Assembly: GCF_037042905.1 (NCBI RefSeq)
Contig: NC_087245.1
Coordinates: 22,446,001 to 22,510,000, forward strand
DNA from: Lytechinus pictus
Taxonomy: Eukaryota
Direction of reading: 5' to 3'
Length of the DNA stretch: 64,000 bases
This document shows, piece by piece, positions 1-13,300 of the stretch (position 1 is its first letter; the number at the start of each line of letters is the position of its first letter). Position numbers and translations under genes: made by a program. The notes under the pieces were generated by a model, which did not search any database, was not told the origin of the DNA, and saw nothing but the letters and a program-made list of their open reading frames with translations.

Positions 1-630
1 TAAAAAGGGGGTTTTAAGTAGTTTGTTATAGAATTAATATAGAGGTACATATAACCCATCAATCAAAATGCGAGCACACAGCGCTACGCTCATAGTGCTA
101 CGTTTTGACCAAAGTTTTTGACAATCAGACATCCGTAAAATGATATTTTGAGAACTTATGGAAGACACGACAATAGGTAGTCCTACTTGGCAAATCAAAT
201 CACGCGAGCGCACAGCGCAAGCTGAGAATGTTGATATTCACACTATAAAACGGACATTTTAAAAAGCACGTAAAAAAATCAATTTGTAAATCAAACAAAA
301 TAATGAAAGCTAGATGTCCGAGCTGAAATATGTTTTGCATATTGGCTTCAAAACTTGATATTTTAAGCTACATATTGAGCAAGATATATATCTCATCAAA
401 CAGGCAATGCGAGCGCGAAGCGCGAGCGAAAATTTAATGCAGTGACATGAAAGATATTTTTAAACATTATCCAAGTCTTCCCATCACCTTATTTTATTCA
501 CTCGTATTCCTCCTTTCTTTCCCCTTCTTTTTTTTCTTTCTTCCCCCCTTTTTGTCATTGTTTTTGCTCCGCCCATGGGGGGGGGGGGGGGGGGGGGGGT
601 GGCCCCTCAGGTCCCCTTGGATCCGCCTAT
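1..630. mobile_element. Right part of a hAT-like non-autonomous element
   Basis: Internal GCGAGCGCGAAGCGCGAGC repeats, poly-G tract and ...GGATCCGCCTATG end; architecture shared with 41225-42110. Confidence 0.6.
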
Positions 631-1429
631 GCTGTATCACATAATTTCATACCGATATATGAACGACTTTACAGATAATATTTAATATTAGGAAGTGATT
701 ATTTTTATATTATGACAAAGGAGTAGATAAATTATCGTTTATAGGCAGATATTTTGAAAACGATATACAATTTTTTTGGCGAAGACTAGGCCTAAACCGC
801 ATATCATGGACTATTTTCGACTGAATTTCAATAACTGTTGAAAATAGACATTGGTAATCTTAAAACTAAATCATTGCGGTGTTTATTTTTGGAAATATCC
901 TTTATTTTATCTTACTTCTGTTGTTCTGTACTGCCTGATATTTTTTCTGTTCCCATGATTAATTGGGCATCAATAAGTGTAAAGAAACATTTCGCCTTTA
1001 TGATGGCGCTATATCGATATGATATAGCTTGCGGGATTAAATTAGCTTCATAAATAAGAGAAATATCTCTTGTCAATGATTAAAGCATGATACAAATGAT
1101 TTTATCAAAACATGGGTGGTGGGCTATATGGAACGACTTGAGGAAGTATAAGGGGGCTGAACATGTATCGTATAAAATCTGAATTTGAAAATTGGTGGGC
1201 GGGGACGGAGGGGGGGGGGGGGGGTGGGGGAGAGGTGTTAATCCCCCGGCTCCAACCCCCGCTTTCGTGGCCCCTGCATAACTCGCCTATCCATTGATTA
1301 TTAACAATTTTTAGTTGTCCCTAAATATCATAAGGTTTTTTTCTATTTTATTTTATTCTATTACTCTGTAAAATTTGTTATTAGAGATCAAGATATACTT
1401 CTGCTGCTACTGGCTTCTCCCGTGGCTAC

Positions 1430-2090
<661 letters not shown>

Positions 2091-2459
2091 CTACTATTAC
2101 TCCTTCTAATACTCCTCCCACTGTACTTCTAATATAAGGAAAGTGAGGTAAGGTGAGACATTGGTTTTTTTTTATATTTGGCACATAGGTGATAGGCCTG
2201 CAGTTATGGCTTATATTCATAGTTTCAAATTCCGAAATCAACTTCAAATTCAAATTTCAAATTCATTTATTTTTACATTTGTAAAGAAAAATAATTTAGG
2301 CCCACACTCATCGAGAATCAAATCATATATACAGAAATGGCATTTTTTGTTTACAAGGTATTATGTGCTTGTCCTCTATGTCTGTGGTCTCATCTCGATT
2401 TCAATTATCACAATTGTTTTCTCTTTTATTATTTTTGTTCACCGAAACGATATGCTTAA

Positions 2460-3054
2460 AGGGAAATCCAGCTTTGGCCATAAAATGTTGTGTTGGAAAG
2501 GAAAAAAATAAATTAAACAGAATGGCGAAAGTTTGAAAGAAATCGGACAAGCAATAAGAAAATTATAGCTGCTTTAAAATTGAGATCACTAATAGTATGT
2601 AGATTTCAAATTGGCAACTGGGTAAGTAAATTATGACAAGGGGCAAGGACAACTTTCCCATAAGCCATGTACTTTATTATCAGGGATTTGTGGTTTTCTT
2701 CTACGTACCCATTCCCCTGGGGCAGTAATCTAATTATAATCCAGGTAGTATATTGTTTTATGTCCTCATGAAAGAAAAATATAATTTGAAATAAAACTTT
2801 TGGGGAAAATGACATTTTAGCCATAATATGTATTGGAGTACATGGAAGAGTAGTCCTTGCCTTACATCACTATGACATCCCATATGCGGCCAATTTGAAG
2901 TCTCCATGGGTATAGTGATTACCAATATTTACAACTTTTAAAAATTCATAACTTTCTTGTTGTTTGTCCAATATTGTTCAAACTTTCACCTATCAACTTG
3001 TCTGATTTTTCTTTTTCTTATAAAAACAAGTTTTTATTTGGGTTGGATTCCCCT
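2460..3054. mobile_element. Kolobok-like MITE
   Basis: TTAA duplication at 2456-2459 and 3055-3058; AGGGAAATCCA...TGGATTCCCCT ends. Confidence 0.8.
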
Positions 3055-4241
3055 TTAACTTCAGGATCATTTTGAATGGTATAATTGAATTATCAAAGAT
3101 AAAATGTAAGAAGAAAAAAAAAAAAAAAAAAAAGAGACATTAAACCTTTGACCAGTAAGTTTTGAAAATATGAAAATTCTCAATTATTTCACCACCAGGG
3201 TATCTTAGTTTGCTTCAGAAGTGATTTTTGTTGTTTAATGATCAATTAATATTAAAAGATTCTTTACTAAAAACCAATGAAATATTATGAAACGCACAGA
3301 GTCAACCCTAAAAAACGAATTAGAAAGTAAAAAAGGGGCCTAAGCTTTCGATCCTAGCAGAATCTTCGTCGGAGGCAAAATGACAAACATATAAAGTGGA
3401 ACAACCATAATATAGACCACAAACAAGCTACAGCAACACTAGAAACAAGGAGACAAAAGGGGCATTAGTGAGTAGAGAAGACCAATCAGGTTAGTGAAGG
3501 GGATGAAAGAAAAGGAGTAGGCAGACACAAAGGGAAGTTAGTGTAAGTAAGGCCAGTAAAAGACCTCAAGCCAAGAGGGATTAAGATAATGATAAAATGA
3601 TAATAATAAAAAACAAATGGCAAAACCCTCATTTGACTTTATAAATTGACAGTTTGAGAGAGAGAGAGAGGGGCCTTAGGACACGCCTGAGTGTTTTCTG
3701 TAACGATTTTTTATTTTCAAAATAAAGTCACTTTGAAGCATGATAATTACCCTTTATTTTGATACTTATTCGTCACTGTGTTTGAAGAGCATAAGTGAAT
3801 ATTGTAAATGACTGTAAAAAATATATATATGAAGCAACCGATTGTTGTATTTGTCCAGTTTCTCGCCCCCAAAATATGATCGACCTCTACCCCAGTCATC
3901 GGGTAATTGATGACTACTAGTATATTATTAGGTAATTTGATTGTACATGAAATGCAATAAAATTCAGCTTTTCTTTTTTCCTTTTGGTAAAATTTTCTTT
4001 CAGCTACACGAACTAAAAGAAAATCAACATATCAGCGAAAATACAAAACATACAAAAATGCTCATGTACTAATTTTTTTACCCCTATTCCCCATTTTTTT
4101 TTCTCGAACTAGGCTGTTTTTACGATACCATATCGGGGTGTGTACTATTTTAATTTTGGGGTCGAGTAAATTTACCCTAATAAAAAGGGTATTTCTGGCG
4201 GTCATTCTTCTCAGTTTTTATCATTTTTATCTATATTCATC

Positions 4242-4319
4242 ATGCTTGGTGAGGACTTTGGAAAGGCTGAAATAGATGCCATTGAATCGGCTTCTAAACG
4301 TGTTGAAAACATGTTAAAG
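4242..4319 (+). CDS. EXOC3: EXOC3 coding exon 1 ([26 protein letters not shown])
   Basis: ATG at 4242; donor GTGAG at 4320; phase 0 joins exon 2. Confidence 0.85.
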
Positions 4320-7300
4320 GTGAGACACGAAAACTTTGTATCAGCCATAATCGGCACACAGGTATCACAGGCGCACGCGATTCTTGTGTGCACTGGTCGC
4401 ATAGTCTTCTGACACATTTTCGTGATAGCATAGTGCTAAATGCACATGAGCTTAGTCGCTGGATATTTTGCATTGGTTGTGCCACGTTGTAAACAAGGGT
4501 AGCAGTTATGGCGTTGGTCTGAAAAGTAGGATTATCCTTTATAATATATACAATTTTACGATGATTTCTCCACATATGGCAATTAAAAAACTGGGATTTT
4601 CCAGGCCAGGGCACCCACGGCTACATCTCAGCTGCCGACTACAGAATAATTGAAGGCACGGCGCATTATTTCAACAAATAACGTTAATTTATGAAAAATT
4701 AATACGAGGACTTACAGAATGAAGTCCTCCTACGAAACTTACAAAACGATGTGAAGTCAATTCCTCATAATTTGATGAATATCCCTCAAAATGTGTCATT
4801 TAACTCAAGCGTTGATTTTTCTTCTCGTTGACAAAATACGAAAGCCACCTTTCTAGCTCTCAAATTTTTCGTCTAATGAGCGAGAGAGGGCGCGCGATTT
4901 ATCTTCATATCAAAGACACTACAATTGAAAGACTAGACACAGAAATTATCTTACACGTAAATCGATGCAAAGCATTACGCGAAGTCGGCAAAGTTTCCAA
5001 TCTTTTTACTGTAAAGACTTTGGTGGAACGTTAATTGACAAACGAACGGTAGCACTTGCGGGGCTTTGTTCAAGGTACATAGAATTTTCTACATTTTTTG
5101 TTTAATTTGTCATCGTTTTGAATATTTTCCAAAAAGTATTATCGTCAGCAAAAATAATAAAAAAGTATGTTTTTTAAGTTATTGCATTTATTGGGGTCTC
5201 TATTTTATCAAACAATTATTGGAATTGCGCATACAATAAATCATGAATCTAGTTTAAAAAATACCACCAAGCTGAATTAAGGTTGCGAACTGTATTAGCG
5301 CCACCAACGACCTTCCTTTTATTTCCGTGGAAGAGACGTGCGAAGCCACTTTCCAGGCGGAGGTAAGCGATTTTGCTCTTTTTTTTTTTAAAATTAAAAA
5401 ATATGTTAAAAATTGATAAAGGAACGCTTTCTACCAGAAAAAGCCCTGGTGAGTAGCGGAATGGTTTCGGCTAATATCATTCACGTTATGAAGCGATGTT
5501 AACGACAACTCTAAAATCCACTACAAAAACACGTTGGTTGTGCGAGGTTCGTAAAGCATATATACTAACCTCGCAATAGTGTGAGTGGGCCAGGGCTCTT
5601 TTTTAATTTCAAAATCCAGGCCTGAGCCAAGGTAGCCTGGGGTAGTCTTGGGTAGCCAGGAGGCTTCTTGAGAGTAAAAATCATTTACTAACGTATGCTT
5701 ACTCTCAATGAAGCCAGGGACTCCTTCCTATTCATCTGCGTGTACCGCCAAAAAATCTGAAACTTTCGCCCCCAAGATTTCTACTTTCCTTCTAAAACAT
5801 CTAGCCATAAATCATGTACATGGGATAAAACTTCATTTCCGACATTTCTACGCTCTCGGTTTTATTTTTAAACAAGAATTCATGAAAAAATGAATAAAAT
5901 ATTGTGAAAAGACGGAAGAGACTTGCCCGATGTTTACACCGCCATCTTGTTTCTTATTGTACTTCCCCAACGTTACGCGACGCTAGCGTCCGTAACTTTG
6001 GAGACAGTGTTTCATCTTTGTTTTTCCCTCAGTGTTGCCATCCAGCACGAATCACAGATCAGTGAGTCTGACTTAGCCAGGCGGCTTCTTGAGAGTAAAA
6101 ATCATTTACTAACGTAGGCTTACTCTCAATGAAGCCAGGGAGTCCTTCCTATTCACCTACACGAAGGACCCCAAAACCTGAAACTTTCACCCCCGAGATT
6201 TCTACTTTCCTTCTAAAAGATCTAGCTCTAAATCATGTACATGGGATAAAACTTCATTTCCGACATTTCTACGCTCTCGTTGTTATTTTTAAACAAGAAT
6301 TCATAAAAAAAATGAGAAAAATATCGTGAAAAGACGGAAGAGACTTGCCCGATGTTTACGCCGCCATCTTGTTTCTTATTGTACTTCCCCAACGTTACGG
6401 ACGCGAGCGTCGCGTAACGTTGCAATTGACAAATCAGGGGGAAATTGAATCAATACGAAATTTGCAAAAGGCCAGTTGACTTACATAAGATAATCCGTCG
6501 GTCATGAGAGCCAATCGGACTAATGTGTAAAAGTCAGGACAGCTTAAATTTGACCGAACTCGCGATCGTTACTTCGGGTCATCGCAGTTCTAGTTTCCAA
6601 CAATCCCAATTCCTAGACTCTTAGCAGGTCTCTTGATTGCTAATAACCTCTGTGAAATTACATGTTTCAAAGTGAAAACACGCAGTTTACGTCTGGTCGG
6701 TTAGTCTACTAACTATTGCTCAGCTATACAGTCGACCTCCCAGACATAACGGCGTCTATTACATAAAACTCCCAGGCATGCAGCCAAGTGAAAGGCTTGA
6801 ATTCCTTCTCTGTTCTGAGATTAGCCTTGATTTCCCCATTATTTGTCAATGAAAGGTCGCTTTAAAGGGGAGGTTCACCCAACAAAAAGTTTATTGTGAA
6901 TATAACAGAAAGAAGTAATGAAAAATATTGGTGAAGGTTTGGGGAAAATCAATCAAAGATTTAAAAATTTATTAGAATTTTTTATTTGTGATATCATATG
7001 TGAGCAGATTCCCATGTATCGTGAATTGAAAAATGTCATTTTCTCAGAAAAATGAAATGGGTTTTAATGTACATACATGTACCTTCAGTCTATCAGCAGA
7101 CAAATTATTTCACACCTGCTCCGGACTGAAGAAAGTTTTTAGTCATTATGAACCATTGAATAATTGAATTTAATGCATTTTATATTACATAACATATGGG
7201 ACAGCTCCTTGTACATGTATTTGAATAACTTAATCTTAAATGGATTTTCCTCAAACCTTTACCAATGTTTTAAAATATTTTTTCTTGTACTTTTGCAACA

Positions 7301-10300
7301 ATCTTATTTCTCTTTATGTTGTCTGTAAGCATCTACATGTACTGTTGAAAGGAGGAGGCGCGGTAACTCAGTTGGTAGAGTGGGGGATTCGTATTCCGGT
7401 GACTCGGGTTCGATTTCCACTTGGTGCGCTAGTGCCCTTTGGTAAAGCATTAATCCTCAGTACCAAGTCCTTTGGAGAGGACCTTAAGCCGTCAGTCCTC
7501 TGGTTGCTTGCTTACAAGCATTCATGCTTTCTTAGCAATCAGGTAAAAAATCACCACCAAACCAAACCAACCTATAACCTTGAACTTGTTTTTGTTCATC
7601 TCGAAGTCACCCATGAATAAAGTAATTACTCAAGTAATCATGTCTGTTTACAGAGGCCAGATCAACTGGAGAGGGTGGAGCAGTTCAAGAGAAGGGAAGC
7701 GAGGAAGAAGGCATCGGTAGAAGCCCGTCTAAAGACTGCAATGCAATCTCAGCTTGATGGGGTTAGGACAGGATTGACGCAGCTGAGTAGCGCCCTCAAT
7801 GGTGTCAAGGAGATCAGGACATGGTAAGATTAAAACATCTTCTAATGTATAGGCCCTACTCAAGTCAATATACCAAAGGGGGTGGAATGATTCTACTGGC
7901 TCTAAAGATAAATGTCAGTTGTGGTAAAAATTTAAAAAATGATTTTGTACCAAATCCAATAAAATGACCACCCGAGTGTCAGTATAAATTAATAAAAAGA
8001 TAGGTGCCAAAGAATTCTGGAAGGGATTGTGTAATTGCTGAGAAATTATCCCCCAGATTTCATGATTTCACAAAGTTCAGTTTTGACCAGATCTAGATTT
8101 AGGATGATATGGAGACAATTGATCTTGTGTTTACAGACTTTCTCATGCTGTCAGTGTTTAATGCAACTAGTTTCATTTATCTTTAACTGTACCTCTGTAT
8201 TCTCTTCTACATGTATGTATATTTTTATTTTGTCATATGTACACAGGGTCCTTGAAGTTGATGCAAAGTATAGAGAGTGTGCTGAGTTGACATCGACATT
8301 AGGTGAGGTCAAGGAAGTAGCAAGCCAGCACAGTCAGGTAAATAATTTACCCTCATTGAACCACAATATCAATGAAAAGCATTTATGGAGTTAAGATAAG
8401 CTTTCGCTATTTCATAATGGTCAGATTTCATACGTATTTCCTGCTGTGGAGACGTCCATAATGCTTGCTTTTTGCTGCCAGATGCTTGGGATTACTACAT
8501 GTACTCGCTCAGCAAATGTGAAATGTCTCGTACTTAACCCACCCACCCCTATAATACTAATAATTGGAGGCATCCATGTTATACGACACACATACAAAGA
8601 ATGAAATAACAGTTAGACGAAGAAAAGGATTAATTCGCTGGGATAAGATAATCATTAGATTAGATTATCTTGGGTTCAATACTTTCACACAGAAAGAAAG
8701 AGACATTTCTTTGAATCATGAAACTGCTTTTGTTGGAAAAAATTACAACCCTTTTCATATTTTTGTTGATCCCTTTACAATCTAATATCAACTTGTGCTG
8801 CAAAAGTCTGTGTGCTCTTAAAGTTAATTTATAATGTAGAAAACTGTTTATTCATGTTTGCACTAGATGGTAAAGTGCATTACATTAATGTACAGTACAA
8901 GTCAGCAATCTCTGAGTACACGCCAACACACGGCGAGCCATCCAACCCGGATGCGTGTAACACGCACGTGTACACTCTCACAGGCGCCAATATTTCTCCT
9001 TGTGTGTCATTTTGTTCTCGTGTCAATAGCGTGTTACGCTTCAATAATTTGATGATGATGATGGAGATGACAGTGATGGTGATGATAACCCTATAAACAA
9101 TGATAATGATGCTCAAGGATGGTGTGACAATAATGATAGTGTGATGATAAGGACGATAATGTTAATGCTTTGCTGATGATAAAGTGATGGTTATAATAAT
9201 GGTGGTTACTTATATAGCACACAGGTCCATTTTCTGAAAATGTGAATGAAAAGTATCTTTTATTTTAGGTTCAAATTAACTGTAAGAATACTAAAAACAA
9301 TTTTGAATGATTAAAAGCCTTTATTTTGTGTAAAATCCAAATTAGTTTCAATCGTAGCCAATCGTATGATTGCTATGATGTACGTCATTACGACTAGATA
9401 TTAAATCCGCTTTTATTCTAATAAGGGTAATAGCTTACTTGTAGTCACAGATTTGAACATACATGTAGGTATTCGTTTGATGATTTAGAACATTACACAA
9501 TAAGATATTCCATGTCTCAATGTTAGCAACAAATTCTACTTCGTTTTATTCCAAATCGGGTCGCAGACCAATCGTAAGGTGTGCAATGGCCCTTAGGTAA
9601 CTGATGACAGCATCGTAATAAATTCAATTCAATTAAAAAAAATAAGTGGTAAATGATTTCTCATCAAGACAAACTCAAACCAAGACTTAAAGTGGATCCA
9701 TTTACGGCCTTTCCACCTATGAATTGTCATCCAGACGCTGGATATAAATGACGGAGCTGCAACTCTCTTCAGTTTGTGCAATGTTCGACCCCTATACTGA
9801 GAACAAACGGCCAATAAATCAGGTGATTGTACGCCTCCATATCCATGGAGAAATTTGCCCCCTTCATCGTAAAGTTGCTGACATCATAATGTGACCCCTG
9901 CCATGGACATACCTTTTCCATGCTGGTCTAAGTCTATCCTGAACTAGCATTCACCTTTCTCTCTGAGATCTGCTATTTTGTTTGATACTTACTTTCCTTA
10001 GCATAATGTTCTGATCCACACACAATATACACATTATAATATGATAAGAGACATTATCTCCATCTCTCAATTATAGATATCGATTAAGCTATTATCCCTT
10101 CACACCCCAACCCTGCATATTTCCTTCTAATTTAATACTCAATTCTGAACTTGAGAGTTGATATCTAATCTTCTAAAATAATTGCCAAAATCCCCCACGG
10201 GGGGGGGGGGGGGGGGGGGGGGGCACTTCCAGTCTTACATTGACGAGTGGATACCAGGCGTGACCAAAGAAATGCGTTACAAGGATTTTTTTCAACATTG

Positions 10301-13300
10301 GGCACGTTACGCACTTAACGTAATAAGGGTGTCAAAAACACTAAAATACCGAAAAAGGGTATATATTTTGCTAGGAAAGCTACAGTCAAATTTGGGTAGA
10401 AACAAGACTAAAATTCTTTATAAAGGTTGTACTTTTTGACACATGCGTTTAGAGTCCGACTTGAGCGAGGTCATAGTCGCTTCTGGTATCCACTCGTCAA
10501 TGGAAGTGCCTGCCCCCGGGCGAAAATCTCTATTGTCTGTCTGTAAAGGTGAAATGGGGACTGTAGGGAGGGGAAGGAATTGGCTATATTAACTCCTTGT
10601 TCTAAATTACATTAAAAATTGCTCTCGAAGAGGAATCAGGCGTGTACCCAGTTTTTTTTTTGGAGGGGGTCGTCTGAAAAAAAAAAAATTAGGGAGGGAG
10701 CGTAGTGACCGCGGGTAGGGGAAGCTAGTGTTTTTGCTTTTCATATAAAGTGGAATCATGTTTGGTGCAGACTCCATACCAGAGGGTGTTTTCTCTTCTA
10801 TATATAGATATATATTCTCATGGGCGGATCCAAGATTATCCAAGGGGGGGGGGGGGCACATTTTGCCGAAGAAAATTTGACATTAAAAAAAAAAGGTCCT
10901 TGGTTGTGTATCAACAACACCTTCCCATTAAAATATTTCCTGTGACTTTCAGGGGGGGAGGGCACACTTGTGTAAGAATGGCATATTTATTGTACATTAA
11001 AAAATTTGATTATGGCTCTCAAAGGGGGGGGGGGGGGCTGGGCGCATGGCTCAGATGTGCCCCCTGGATCCGCCACTGAACAAAGAACACTTTCTTTTGA
11101 GGTTGCCCAAAAATAGGGGCTGGCTTGCCCCCCCCCTTGGACCCACCCCTGATTCTGCCAAAGAAAACTTTGTTTCTTTTCATGTCTTATATTTAAAAAA
11201 GTCATTATCTTATCGTCACCATCATCTTCATCCTCCTCGCCATCATCGTCATTACCATCACCATCATCCAATGGCTGACCAAGGGACATGTATGTCGGTT
11301 TGGAAGGGGGGGGGGTATTCATAGAGTGTATTATTCACTTAAGCCATGACACAATAAAACATCCTTCTGTAACTGCGGTCTATTCCCATTGTTAGCTGCT
11401 TATTGTAAACGTGGGAGATGGTGTTGTCACAAGCAATTCATTTTTTATTTTAGCACAAAAGCCAAATTCTAAAAAAAAAATATTTTACATAAAAAAATTT
11501 CAACAGGAAAAATTGATAAATGGTGTAATCCTGGAAGTTTTGTTTAAATATAGAAGGAAATAAAAATGTACAAGGTACATGTAATGATAAATGACTAATT
11601 TTGCCCTTGTGATGGCAGTATTACTGAATGAGTTGTTTAATAAATCCTATGTATTTGATTACTTTAAATAGGAAGGGCTATAAAATATTCAGCTCTTGCA
11701 GGTCCTTTTGTTGTAGGTTCCAGGTTCTATTAACAGGTGGAATAAACACTTAGCATTCCAAGACCCGCCTGAGGTCTATTGAGTGTACAGTGCACCAAAT
11801 TGCTGTGCACAGAGAGTAGGATCACTATCATTTTGTTACTCTTTGAGAGAGGTTGTGTTCTGAGGAGCAAGGAAGAAATGACCTTCAGTTTTTATTAATT
11901 TTGGAGGAGTTTTCCTCCCCACAATGTTGGTGAGTCTACATGTACATGTATTTGATATTTTATCAGTATATTTCAGCTAAAAAAGGAGGAAATATTAGAT
12001 TTTTCAATTCTTCAATGAAAATCTATCATTGTATTACAGATAGTTACATGACACAAAGTACAATTGGCATACAACTGGCTTAAAAAACTGACATATGACA
12101 GATGTAATCGCCTGAGTTACATACAAATGTATTACAAAACTAAGTATTCCCACAAAGTAATAGTCGGCAAACTCGATCAAAATTATTGTTTCATCTCGCA
12201 TGGGTAATTTCCAAGCAAATTATATCTATTTTGTAAAAGTTGTATCGTAATTCACATATAAAATGATTCAATTATTATCTAATGTCTCTATCATTTCCTG
12301 AAATAATTCAATTGTATTGGAATACGCAGTGTGTATTTCACTTTATTAATATTGCTACACAAGACGATGTACAGCACTTTAAAGTTGGCAGATGACGGTT
12401 AAAATCACCTGGGCAACATAAAGTGGCAGTACATGTACAAAACTAAGTATTCACACAAAGTATTGATCAGCAAACTTAATAAAACATATTGTGTCATCTG
12501 GTATGGACTATTTCTAAGAAGATTTTTTATCAAGAACAAAATTTTACATGAAAATGTTAAGGTAATTTATTTATATACATAATTGATTACTTATGACCTA
12601 GAAAGGGCTGGCTTAATTACTTCCTCATAGAATTTGAATTGTATGGGCCTATTTATATTTCACTTTAATAAATGTTGTTGCACATGAAAAAGTACAACAG
12701 TCTAATAATTGGCATATGATGATTACATGAAAAATCAAGTTACGTAAAATGGCATTACAAAAGTATTCACACAAAGTAATGATCAGCAAACTTTATAAAA
12801 ATATATTGTCATTTGATATGCTATTTCCAAGCAGATTATATTTTTTTTATCAAGAACAACAATTTAGATAAAAACTTGTAAGGTAATTTATGAAAATAAA
12901 TGGGTTAACTATGACCTAAAAATTGTATATTGTGATTAGAGTTTCTCTATCCAATGAAAGTCACACTCGGCGTCACATTGTATGTCTTTTAAGGTTCTGG
13001 TTTTGTGCATCAATCCTTTTCACGCACCTCTTCCAGACTTGTTCCTCGCATTCCCCACCTGTCGGGCACAGAGAAAATGTTGCACGCCGAATGGCCCCCA
13101 TCCTTTCTGGGTCCATAGAAAGATTCCTTACGCCCATCACATTTTTGTTGATGTGTTCTTCTTTCATGAACAGCAGGCTCACAAGTCTCCTAGAGACATT
13201 TCTGTGGCAAGGAGCAAATGGAAGCATAGAATCCATCACCTTCCTTGTTACTTGCATTGTTCTCTTGTCGTCAACTGTGACAAGCTCCCGCCGCCTTGTG

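Noticed and set aside
7357..7430. Possible tRNA gene
   Set aside because: A and B boxes are present, but it runs into a SINE body and tail, and a diverged relative occurs at 59020-59098.
9629..9970. Possible transposase remnant inside the TIR element
   Set aside because: A ~90-codon open stretch on the - strand, but I could recognise no DDE or other motif; BLASTX would be needed.
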